Of a stretch of DNA of 64,000 nucleotides, positions 34,629-43,776 are shown piece after piece. The stretch is from an uncultured Marinifilum sp. GTDB lineage: Bacteria; Bacteroidota; Bacteroidia; Bacteroidales; Marinifilaceae. The translations under genes and the position numbers were made by a program. Numbering within the stretch: the stretch's first letter is position 1; the number at the start of each line of letters is the position of its first letter. The stretch covers positions 420,923-484,922 of the forward strand of contig OY781918.1 in the NCBI GenBank assembly GCA_963677195.1, read 5' to 3'. Under the pieces are notes generated by a model. That model did no database searches, was not told the DNA's origin, and saw only the letters and a list, made by a program, of their open reading frames with translations.

Positions 34629-34677
34629 CACAAAGATATTAATCATTTAATAACATCTAACGCAAACTTTTTAATTC

Positions 34678-35535
34678 ATGACTCGAATTGTACGCGAAAT
34701 TACGCCTTTATCTGAACACGATTTTTTTATTGTTCTCGATCATCAAAATGCCAAATTCGATTTTCCAATTCACTACCATCCCGAATATGAATTAAACCTC
34801 GTATTAAAATCGGAAGGTAAACGAATTATTGGTGATTCTATAAAAAATTACGATTCTGCAGATTTGGTATTGGTGGGGCCCAATACTCCTCATGCATGGA
34901 GTGGAAGTACAGATAATGCCAGAGTTGTAACAATTCAATTCCAAAACAACATACTCAGCGATCAAACACTAAACAGAAAAGCTAGTCTTCCAATTAAAGA
35001 ATTATTGGAAAAATCGAAAATGGGCATTTTATTCTCGGAAGAAACAACACAAAATATCACCGATCGCATCATTAAATTATCTGATGTTACAGGATTCGAC
35101 TCATTTCTGGATTTCCTTTCTATTTTATACGACTTATCTATTTCCAGAAACCAAATGACCTTATCATCTCCTTCCTATGTTGAGCAGTTCGACACATCAA
35201 AAAGCAGACGAATTAAAATGGTAAATCAATACTTAATAGACAATTTACACAAGCCTATTCGCATTAACGATGTTGCACAAATGGTAAATATGACATCATC
35301 GGCATTTAGCCATTTCTTTAAGAAAAGAACGCAACGACCTTTTTCTGATTACCTGCTGGAAATTAGAATTGGACATGCGGCCAAATTGTTAATTGACACA
35401 GAAAAGAACATTTCGGAAATATGTTTTGAGAGTGGTTTTAACAACGTATCTAACTTTAACCGATCGTTTAAAAAATTAAAAGGCTGCACCCCCAGAGAAT
35501 TTAGATCGCAACAAAAGATGATAACCAAACATTAA
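34678..35535 (+). CDS. AraC family transcriptional regulator with N-terminal cupin-like sensor domain
   Basis: A 285-aa ORF with a C-terminal double HTH (INDVAQMVNMTSSAFSHFFKK.., ISEICFESGFNNVSNFNRSFKKLKGCTPREFR). It is divergent from susC. Confidence 0.88.
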   Translation: MTRIVREITPLSEHDFFIVLDHQNAKFDFPIHYHPEYELNLVLKSEGKRIIGDSIKNYDSADLVLVGPNTPHAWSGSTDNARVVTIQFQNNILSDQTLNRKASLPIKELLEKSKMGILFSEETTQNITDRIIKLSDVTGFDSFLDFLSILYDLSISRNQMTLSSPSYVEQFDTSKSRRIKMVNQYLIDNLHKPIRINDVAQMVNMTSSAFSHFFKKRTQRPFSDYLLEIRIGHAAKLLIDTEKNISEICFESGFNNVSNFNRSFKKLKGCTPREFRSQQKMITKH

Positions 35536-35687
35536 TTTTAACACAATTTCTTCTCTTTTATTAATCTTTTATATAAATCTACATTACACCTTGTAAATAC
35601 AGCTATTATTAGATATTTTTGCTATCACCCTCCAACATTTTATCTTATCTTGAGCAGATTGAAATTCTTTATTCGAATTTCATTATT

Positions 35688-38600
35688 ATGATGTACAAAA
35701 AAAATAAAATGAGGTATAGCTTTCTGAATTTTCTATTACTACCATTCTTTTTTCTTACAGGCATACTGGCTTTAAAAGCACAACAGTTTCGCCACATAAA
35801 TGTTGAACAAGGTTTAAGCAGCAGACAAACCGTAAACATAAAACAAGACAAAAAAGAATTTATTTGGATTTCGACTAAAACAGGAATCGATAGGTTTGAT
35901 GGTAAAACATTAAAAAATTACACTTTACCTGCTACACCACGAGAAAATGCACCCGAAAATTTTTATCTGCAAATAGATAAAGACTCTTTACTTTGGGCTT
36001 ATAGCGATATTGGACAATTCTATAAATACAATTACCAAAACGATAAATTCGAGATCTATTTTAATTTACACCGAAACGAATATTACTCAGGATTATGGGT
36101 AAACTCTACGGGTTTTGATTCGAATAACACGCTTTGGCTGGGAACCGATAATGGTTTATATAGCTTAACAAACGGGGAATTACAGCAATTTGAAAAGTAT
36201 CCTTTAAAGCAAGATTATACAACTGCCATTTGCAAATTAGATAAGAAAAAAATGCTATTTGCCACTTTTAATAAAGTATATCTATATGATATTTTTAGCA
36301 AATCGCTGCAAGAACTTGCTATAGATTTAGGTGACAACCAAAGGATAAACAGTTTATATTATAATAAAGATACCAATAGAGTATGGATTGGAACCTTCTC
36401 GCAAGGAGTTTATTGTTATGATTTAAACTCTAAAAAACTAACTGACTTAAAAACAATAAACTCCAATTTTCCGACTGTGCCTATTCGTAAATTTGAAATG
36501 TTCGATTCCGGGTCTATGCTTATCGGATCGGATGGAATGGGCGTTTGGATGCTTGATTTATTTTCTTTTCGAGTAAAAAAAATATTCCATGAAAATGAAG
36601 ATGAAAAATTCTCTTTAAACGGAAATGGAGTATACGATATTTATAAAGACAGAGACAATAGAATATGGATAGGAACTTATACCGGAGGTGTTAATATTCT
36701 TGATCCGACAGCCATAAACTTTAAAATTATTAGCCATCAAACCAATAACAGTCAATCATTAGGCAACAGTATTGTAAATAGTGTATTTGAAGACCAAAAT
36801 GGTAATTTATGGTTTGGCACAAACAATGGGGTTAGTGTACTGCAGAAAAAAAATAATAAATGGCGACATTTCTTTACCGGGAAAGGAAACGAAACCAATG
36901 TTTTTCTCGATTTATGCGAAGATGCCAATGGCAATATATGGGCCGGCTCCTACTCAAAAGGTGCTTATCTAATTAGTCCTGATTTTAAAATTAAAGCACA
37001 TTTTGTTAACAATGCTTCCGATAAAAATTCCATAGGTACCAATTATATTTTTGATATTTTTATGGATTCGGATAAGAATATCTGGATTGGTGGAAGAGAC
37101 GGCAAATTTTGTCAGTATAATTATGGTGATAAAAAATTTTACAGATATTATAGCCTAAGCATCAATTCCTTTACCGAAAAAAATAAAAATGAACTTTACA
37201 TTGGAGGTATTCAAGGGGTTTATCTGCTAAACAAAAAAGAAGGTTTACTCGATTTAATTTCGAAACGATATTATGTATATTGTGTATATCAAGATAATCA
37301 ACAAAACCTTTACTATGGAACAAGAGGCTCTGGATTATTTTATTACAACACCGAAAATAAAGAAACAAAATCGTATACCGTTCAAGATGGTTTGCCTTCT
37401 AATCATATTTATGCAATAATTGCTGATAAAGAATTTTTATGGTTAAGCACCGAAAATGGAATTTCGCGTTTCAACACAAAAGACAATAGTTTTCAGAATT
37501 TTTCTACCGAAGATGGTATTTCAGATAAAACTTTTAAACAGTGTGCTGCATTAAAAAGCAAATCGGGAGATATTCTCTTTGGCTCTTATCATGGGGTAAC
37601 CCAATTTAATCCTAAAGACATAAAAATTAAGGAAAAAAAAGCCAAGATATATCTGGAAGAATTCGGACTGTTTAACAAAGTAGTTTACCCAAATGAGAAA
37701 GGTTCGCCCTTAAAAAAATCCATTAACAACACAAAACAGCTTATTCTTAAACATTATCAGCACTCGTTTTCTATTGCCTTTACCTCTATTAGTTTTTTTA
37801 ATTCCGATAAAATAAAATATTCGTGGAAACTGGAAGGTTTGGATAACGACTGGAGTTCTCCTTCTTTCGATAAATCAACCAACTACACCAACCTATCGTC
37901 TGGCGATTATACACTTCGTTTAAAAGCCTTAGATTATTCTACAGATAAAGTTCTAGACGAAAGAAAAATTGAAATAGAGGTTGCACCTCCTTTTTACAAT
38001 ACAATTTGGGCCAAACTCCTATACTTGCTCTTTATCATCATTATAATTCGTTGGGTAGTAATTTATTTACAAATAAAAATGAGCAAGAAAAGCTCCGAGG
38101 AAAAAATAAATTTCTTTACCAATACTGCTCACGACATTCGCACTCCGCTAACTTTAGTAAGCGCTCCTTTAAACGAGCTAAAAATGGAAAACGGACTATC
38201 CGAAAAAGGTAAATATTACCTAAACCTTTCGGTAAATAATCTCGATAAATTAAATGCTCTGGTCTGTCAATTACTCGATTTTCAAAAATCTGATTTAGAT
38301 AAAAGTCAACTGGTATTAAGTAAAGTTGAAATAATTGACTTATTAAATCGGAAGGTTATGAATTTTAAAACCCTTGCCAATAGAAAAAAAATTAGCTTAA
38401 GCTTCTCTTCTAAGGTAGAAAAACTAGAAGAATGGATTGATCAGGCCAAAATGGACAAGGTAATAGAAAACCTATTGTCCAACGCCATAAAATATACTCC
38501 CGCAGAAGGAGAAGTTAAAATTTCCTTAGAACTAGATAAAAAATCATGGACAATTTTGGTTAAAGATTCAGGAATTGGAATCTCTAAAAAAGCTCAGCGA

Positions 38601-39641
38601 AACCTTTTTAAGCAATTTTACAGAGGCGAAAATGCCATTAATTCTAAAGTTCCCGGAACCGGAATCGGACTTTTGCTGGTTAAGAACTATGTCCTACTTC
38701 ATAAAGGTAAAATTCAATTCGAAAGTGAAGAAAATAAAGGATCGGTATTTAAAATTAGCTTTAAGCATGGCAAATCTCATTTTGGAAAAAATGTAAGTTT
38801 CATAGAGCCACAAAAACTTACCGAAGTTAAAGTTGATCATTTAGATATTGATTCCGATCATTCTCAGGAAAATAAGAATAAAGGAAAATCGATATCAAAA
38901 ATTTTACTTGCCGAAGATAACGATGAGCTTAGGAGCTATTTAAAAACCACACTCGAAGATCAGTTTAATGTTTATGTTGCCGAAAATGGAAAAATAGCAT
39001 TAGACCAAATTGGTAAGGTAAAACCAGATATTCTTATTTCTGATGTTAAAATGCCCGAAATGGATGGAATTACTTTAAGTAGTAAGGTGAGGAGTAATTT
39101 CGAAACTTCGCACATTCCAATTATGTTGCTTTCTGCTTTAAACGAGAAAGATGACATTATGAAAGGTCTGCAAACCGGAGTAGACGATTACATTACTAAG
39201 CCTTTTGATGTCTCTATTTTGAAAGCTAAAATTGACAACTTAATAGACAATAGAAATCGAGCTAAAGAAAACTTCCTAACATGCAGCGAAGCCATAGAGC
39301 AAGATCGAACTTACGCAAACAAGCAAGATCAGATTTTTATTGAAAAAGCTGTAGAATTAGTAAATAATCAGATGGATAATCCAAAATTTGCAGTAAATGA
39401 TTTTGCTCAGGAAATGGGAGTTAGTAAAAGTTTACTTTACGAAAAACTGAAAGCACTAATAGGACAAACACCAAACGATTTTGTGAAAATAATTCGTTTA
39501 AAACACTCCATAAAATTATTACAAAAAGGTAAATATAATATTACCGAAATTGCAAACTTATCGGGATTCGAAGACCCAAAATATTTTAGCACCTGCTTTA
39601 AAAAGCAATATGGAAAAACACCAAGCAAATATTTTAGTTAA
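35688..39641 (+). CDS. Hybrid two-component system sensor histidine kinase / response regulator with AraC-type output (HTCS)
   Basis: I start it at ATG 35688 (MMYKKNKMRYSFLNFLLLPFFF..) rather than at the TTG 35619 in the track. It has periplasmic beta-propeller repeats (..WIGT..G..), one TM segment, an H-box FFTNTAHDIRTPLT and an HATPase region (GTGIGLLLVK). A receiver domain (ILISDVKMPEMDG) and a C-terminal HTH_AraC follow. Confidence 0.92.
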   Translation: MMYKKNKMRYSFLNFLLLPFFFLTGILALKAQQFRHINVEQGLSSRQTVNIKQDKKEFIWISTKTGIDRFDGKTLKNYTLPATPRENAPENFYLQIDKDSLLWAYSDIGQFYKYNYQNDKFEIYFNLHRNEYYSGLWVNSTGFDSNNTLWLGTDNGLYSLTNGELQQFEKYPLKQDYTTAICKLDKKKMLFATFNKVYLYDIFSKSLQELAIDLGDNQRINSLYYNKDTNRVWIGTFSQGVYCYDLNSKKLTDLKTINSNFPTVPIRKFEMFDSGSMLIGSDGMGVWMLDLFSFRVKKIFHENEDEKFSLNGNGVYDIYKDRDNRIWIGTYTGGVNILDPTAINFKIISHQTNNSQSLGNSIVNSVFEDQNGNLWFGTNNGVSVLQKKNNKWRHFFTGKGNETNVFLDLCEDANGNIWAGSYSKGAYLISPDFKIKAHFVNNASDKNSIGTNYIFDIFMDSDKNIWIGGRDGKFCQYNYGDKKFYRYYSLSINSFTEKNKNELYIGGIQGVYLLNKKEGLLDLISKRYYVYCVYQDNQQNLYYGTRGSGLFYYNTENKETKSYTVQDGLPSNHIYAIIADKEFLWLSTENGISRFNTKDNSFQNFSTEDGISDKTFKQCAALKSKSGDILFGSYHGVTQFNPKDIKIKEKKAKIYLEEFGLFNKVVYPNEKGSPLKKSINNTKQLILKHYQHSFSIAFTSISFFNSDKIKYSWKLEGLDNDWSSPSFDKSTNYTNLSSGDYTLRLKALDYSTDKVLDERKIEIEVAPPFYNTIWAKLLYLLFIIIIIRWVVIYLQIKMSKKSSEEKINFFTNTAHDIRTPLTLVSAPLNELKMENGLSEKGKYYLNLSVNNLDKLNALVCQLLDFQKSDLDKSQLVLSKVEIIDLLNRKVMNFKTLANRKKISLSFSSKVEKLEEWIDQAKMDKVIENLLSNAIKYTPAEGEVKISLELDKKSWTILVKDSGIGISKKAQRNLFKQFYRGENAINSKVPGTGIGLLLVKNYVLLHKGKIQFESEENKGSVFKISFKHGKSHFGKNVSFIEPQKLTEVKVDHLDIDSDHSQENKNKGKSISKILLAEDNDELRSYLKTTLEDQFNVYVAENGKIALDQIGKVKPDILISDVKMPEMDGITLSSKVRSNFETSHIPIMLLSALNEKDDIMKGLQTGVDDYITKPFDVSILKAKIDNLIDNRNRAKENFLTCSEAIEQDRTYANKQDQIFIEKAVELVNNQMDNPKFAVNDFAQEMGVSKSLLYEKLKALIGQTPNDFVKIIRLKHSIKLLQKGKYNITEIANLSGFEDPKYFSTCFKKQYGKTPSKYFS

Positions 39642-39672
39642 CAGTTAAAATTTTTCCTGTTTAAAATATTGT

Positions 39673-39712
39673 AAAAAATCAAATTTGGGTACGAACACCC
39701 AAATTTGATTTT
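39673..39712. terminator. Bidirectional terminator between convergent HTCS and PUL-distal gene
   Basis: A perfect 16-bp stem AAAATCAAATTTGGGT / ACCCAAATTTGATTTT with a 6-nt loop. The A/T tracts form part of the stem on both sides. Confidence 0.7.
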
Positions 39713-39738
39713 ATCATAAAACTTAAAAAATAAACATC

Positions 39739-40818
39739 TTATTCCCACTCGCTTAAGATTCTAAAAAATGCTTTTTTACGTTCCGAATTAATTCCCCAAT
39801 CAACTGGTGGATTTTGATATCCACACTCAAAAGGCTCACCTTTTCGGCGATAATCGAAATATCCCCAGGATACTTTTTGACTTGTGGCAGCAACAAAATT
39901 ATTCATTGGCTCATCAAAATTTTCGTGATCATCTTCGTTGTAAACAATTGGTTGTCCTTTATATCCACTCAATGACTTGGTATTATTAATCTGTTTTACA
40001 ATACCTTCCCACTTTTCAACACCATTGCCATGTATTAAAATAAAATCAGAAATTTCGGCAACTTTATTTGTTGGAATATGGTTTCCTAAAAAGCTGGTTC
40101 CTACCAATAATTTTCTGTCTTTCACTTGTCGTGATTTGGCCAGTTCTATTAACTCATGCACTCGCTCTTCTTTAAGGATAGAGTGAGAATATAAAAATGA
40201 ACTCTCGTTACAAACCTCAAGTAATACATTACGAAAATCGTTTTTTAATATCCAATCAACGGTATTAAGTAAACCAGTTTTTATGGCCTCTTCACTTTCC
40301 ATTCTACTTTCTTGCCCAAAATAATATACACCAACAATGGCAACCATTCCCAAACGATTGGCTTCGTTTAATATTAACTTTAAGCGATTCATGTATTCAG
40401 GGCGCAATTCTCCTTTTTCGGTAATTGCCGAATTATGCCAAGGCTGCGTTTTCGAGTATCCTTCGGGACTACCACCTTGCAAATTTATTGTAAAAGCCAA
40501 TAAACCATTCTTCTTCCAAAGTGGCATTGCATCAATAAACTCCTTTGTATTTCTATCTGCATTCCAAATTTTCGTATCCGGATATGCCCATCTCTCTTTG
40601 GTCTCTAGATTTAAATCGTCGAAAATTCCTTGCACCATTCGTATATTTGGCAGTAAACCCTGAATAGAATATTCTCTCCATATTTTTCCTTTTAAAGTGG
40701 GCTGATTGTTAATGTAAAATTCATCGGCATTTATGCTAATTTCTGTTCTAATTACTGATTTTTTGCACGAAGTAAAAACCAAAAGAACAATAGTTAATAG
40801 TAATAAATTACTTTTCAT
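39739..40818 (-). CDS. Putative TIM-barrel glycoside hydrolase lipoprotein (clan GH-A-like); family not assignable by eye
   Basis: A 359-aa ORF with signal ..LVFTSC. It has F.INNQP..KG at the N-terminus and LLEVCNES (a possible NE acid/base). It is the last gene of the xylan-PUL strand block. Confidence 0.4.
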   Translation of the reverse strand: MKSNLLLLTIVLLVFTSCKKSVIRTEISINADEFYINNQPTLKGKIWREYSIQGLLPNIRMVQGIFDDLNLETKERWAYPDTKIWNADRNTKEFIDAMPLWKKNGLLAFTINLQGGSPEGYSKTQPWHNSAITEKGELRPEYMNRLKLILNEANRLGMVAIVGVYYFGQESRMESEEAIKTGLLNTVDWILKNDFRNVLLEVCNESSFLYSHSILKEERVHELIELAKSRQVKDRKLLVGTSFLGNHIPTNKVAEISDFILIHGNGVEKWEGIVKQINNTKSLSGYKGQPIVYNEDDHENFDEPMNNFVAATSQKVSWGYFDYRRKGEPFECGYQNPPVDWGINSERKKAFFRILSEWE

Positions 40819-40871
40819 ATCATTATAATTTTATAAGTTCTAAATATTATCTCATTCTATAAAATCAGGAA

Positions 40872-42578
40872 TTAATGATTTGCCGATGCATACATTCCAA
40901 TGTAGGTACCAACAAAACCACCGGCTTTTTTAGTGCTTAACAAGCTAGCATCTACATCTTTTTCAAAACAAATCCAATCCGAATTATCGAAAGTATAATA
41001 AAAATCGTAATACCGACCTTTCCCAATAATTTTCAAATACAATTCCTTCTTTTTATTATTGATTTCAAATTGCTTAAGAATCTTTTTTTGATTTTTTTGC
41101 CCTTCGGGTAAAGCAGCCTCCAATTGCAAATAACATTTTTCGCCTACTTGTATTTTTCCGAAAAATAAATAATTACTCTCATTCTGAAAACAAACTAAAC
41201 CTGCAGCTTCCTGATGTTTTTTCGCATTAAAAATCATTTTGCTTACCACCTCGAAACTATCGTGTTGTTGTCTTCTTCCTATAAAAGCAGGATTAGATTT
41301 TTCTTGAATATTGGTTTTAATTAGATCAATTTCCAAACATTTTTCTTTGGTGTTAATATTGTACCATTTTTGTTTTGGTGTACGTATAAAATTCCACTCA
41401 AAATCCAGATTTTCCTTATCAAAATCATCAAATTTAAAGAAGTTTCCCTTAGCTAATATTTTATTTAAAGGCAATCGGTTTTTAAGTTTAGCCCGCTTTC
41501 CAATTAAAGGAACTGATTCCTCATTATCGAGAATAACAGGCCAGGAATTTTTCCATTTTACAGGTAAAAGAAAAGTCTCACGCCCAGTATTATATAAATT
41601 ATCGTCATAAGGTCTACAAGCTAAAAATACCGACCACCAATCACCATTATTATCCTGAATTAAATCGGCATGACCAGTTGAAGTAACTGGATAGGCACGA
41701 TTTTCATTCAATTGCCGCTGCGATAAAATAGGATTGTTATTATATGGAATAAAGGGGCCATTAACTTTTTTACTTCTAAAAATTACCTCAGAATGATTTT
41801 CGGCTGTTCCTCCTTCGGCACACATTAAATAATAGTAATCTTTAATTTTATAAAGATGCGGACCTTCAATCCAAATTGGTTTTTTACGAATATCGGTGCC
41901 TCCATTTACTAAAATAGTACTTTCTCCAGTTATTTTATCCGATTCAAGATCGTATTGCCACATACGAATAGCTCTGTGTCCATCGTAAAGTGATCCTCCT
42001 TCAGGTTCCGAATTGTGAACAATATATGCTTTTCCATTCTCATCAATAAACAAAGACGGATCTATACCTGCTATTTCGGGAAGCCAAATTGGTTCGCTCC
42101 AATCTCCTTCAGGGTTTTTAGTTTTCACAATAAAATTATTTCCTCCTCCAACTACAGTCCCAATCAAATAAAAAGTGTCGTTACATCTGTTGTAAGTAAT
42201 GGCTGGAGCAAAAACGCCCTGAGAAATATCTAAACTATCCAATTTCAACTGATTTGGCCGGTTTAACACATATCCCAGTTGTTCCCAATCCGTTAAATTG
42301 GTACTATGAAAAATAGGTATTCCTGGAAAAAAGGAGAAGCTTGAGTTTACCAAATAAAAATCGTCACCCTTTTTACAAATCGATGGATCGGGATAAAATC
42401 CAGATAAAATGGGATTATAATATTGGCACGAATCAATTGGATTATCAGTATAAAAAGAATTATTTCCCTGATAAGAAAACGAATAAAACCTGGCAATATT
42501 TCTATCGCCGCTATTGTTCTTACATGATAAAATGGAGAAAATAAAAACAATAGGAAGAAAAAATTTGAAACTACACAT
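40872..42578 (-). CDS. GH43 beta-xylosidase / alpha-L-arabinofuranosidase with C-terminal beta-sandwich domain
   Basis: A 568-aa ORF with YYNPILSGFYPDPSICKKGDDFYLVNSSF, the catalytic Asp region of XynB-like GH43. The C-terminal part of about 200 aa resembles the concanavalin-like GH43_C2 domain. Confidence 0.85.
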   Translation of the reverse strand: MCSFKFFLPIVFIFSILSCKNNSGDRNIARFYSFSYQGNNSFYTDNPIDSCQYYNPILSGFYPDPSICKKGDDFYLVNSSFSFFPGIPIFHSTNLTDWEQLGYVLNRPNQLKLDSLDISQGVFAPAITYNRCNDTFYLIGTVVGGGNNFIVKTKNPEGDWSEPIWLPEIAGIDPSLFIDENGKAYIVHNSEPEGGSLYDGHRAIRMWQYDLESDKITGESTILVNGGTDIRKKPIWIEGPHLYKIKDYYYLMCAEGGTAENHSEVIFRSKKVNGPFIPYNNNPILSQRQLNENRAYPVTSTGHADLIQDNNGDWWSVFLACRPYDDNLYNTGRETFLLPVKWKNSWPVILDNEESVPLIGKRAKLKNRLPLNKILAKGNFFKFDDFDKENLDFEWNFIRTPKQKWYNINTKEKCLEIDLIKTNIQEKSNPAFIGRRQQHDSFEVVSKMIFNAKKHQEAAGLVCFQNESNYLFFGKIQVGEKCYLQLEAALPEGQKNQKKILKQFEINNKKKELYLKIIGKGRYYDFYYTFDNSDWICFEKDVDASLLSTKKAGGFVGTYIGMYASANH

Positions 42579-42678
42579 ATCAATAATTATAACCTAATAC
42601 AAACAAGGTGTGCTAGAGCAGCTCCAACACACCTTTATACCAATTGGTATTGCTATCTATGAAAAAAACTGAAATTTA

Positions 42679-43647
42679 TTAAGCTAAGCCATCCATGGGT
42701 ATAATGCTGCCATCCTCTTTGTATTCTAGTTCCACAAACTTTACGCTTCGCAACCAGGTTTTTCCTCCTGATGGCTCACAATCGTGATAGAATAAGTACC
42801 ATTTGCCTTTAAATTCGCAAATGGAATGATGCGTTGTCCAACCCACAACTGGCGATAAAATTTCACCTTTATAAGTAAATGGACCATAAGGATTGTCTCC
42901 AATAGCATAACACAACAAATGTGTGTTACCAGTAGAATAAGAAAAGTAGTATTTATCTTTGTACTTATGCATTTTAGCTGCTTCGAAAAATCTACGATCA
43001 TGATCTCCTGCGCTAAGAGGCTTACCATCTTCATCTAAAATTATAACATCTTTAGGCTCTTCGGCATACTCTAGCATATCGTCGGACATTTTTACAACTT
43101 TAGCACATAATGCTGGTTCGTTATCGTCTGGTTCGGCACCAACTTCAATGGCCTTATTATTGCGGTAACGCTGTAATTGTCCACCCCAAATTCCACCAAA
43201 ATACATGTAATGATCTCCATTATCGTCTTCGAACATTGCCGGATCGATACTGTAACTTCCCATTATGGGATTCTTTTCGGCTTTAAAAGGTCCTTCGGGT
43301 ATATCGCTTACTGCCGCGCCAATTCTAAAAATATCGTTTTTATCTTTTAAGGGAAAATAGAAATAATATTTTCCATTTTTACAGGCTGCTGCAGGAGCCC
43401 ACATCTGTCGGCCCGACCAAGGTACATCATCCACATCCAGAATTACTCCGTGATCGGTTACTTCACCCTCAATATCCTCCATAGAGTAAACATGATAATC
43501 GCGCATGGCAAAATGATCGCCATTGTCGTTTTCGGGCATTCCGGTTTCTATATCGTGCGATGGATAAATGTATAACTTTCCGTTAAAAACGTGAGCTGCC
43601 GGATCGGCTGTATACAAATCTTCAACTAGGTATTTTGGTGTTTTCAT
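42679..43647 (-). CDS. GH43 (Xsa-like, subfamily 1 type) xylosidase/arabinosidase, cytoplasmic or periplasmic, no signal peptide seen
   Basis: A 322-aa ORF with DLYTADPAAHVFNGKLYIYPSHD, MWAPAA and EAAKMHKY. It resembles Bacteroides/Butyrivibrio Xsa/XylB-type enzymes. Confidence 0.85.
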   Translation of the reverse strand: MKTPKYLVEDLYTADPAAHVFNGKLYIYPSHDIETGMPENDNGDHFAMRDYHVYSMEDIEGEVTDHGVILDVDDVPWSGRQMWAPAAACKNGKYYFYFPLKDKNDIFRIGAAVSDIPEGPFKAEKNPIMGSYSIDPAMFEDDNGDHYMYFGGIWGGQLQRYRNNKAIEVGAEPDDNEPALCAKVVKMSDDMLEYAEEPKDVIILDEDGKPLSAGDHDRRFFEAAKMHKYKDKYYFSYSTGNTHLLCYAIGDNPYGPFTYKGEILSPVVGWTTHHSICEFKGKWYLFYHDCEPSGGKTWLRSVKFVELEYKEDGSIIPMDGLA

Positions 43648-43673
43648 ATTTATAAAATTAAATTCGTTTAAAA

Positions 43674-43762
43674 CGGGATTTTAAAATTTACCAATCGTGG
43701 CTTAAGCCAGCCAAACCCTGTTAAGCTCACGATTGGTATCCAAACTCTGACTAATAATCCCG
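43674..43762. other. Nested palindromic element between GH10 and GH43 genes
   Basis: The outer arms are CGGGATT (43674-80) and AATCCCG (43756-62). An 11-bp stem pairs TACCAATCGTG (43689-99) with CACGATTGGTA (43728-38). The inner pairing is GCTTAA..TTAAGC. The element is relatively GC-rich for this region. Confidence 0.5.
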
Positions 43763-43776
43763 ATTAAAGAATTATG

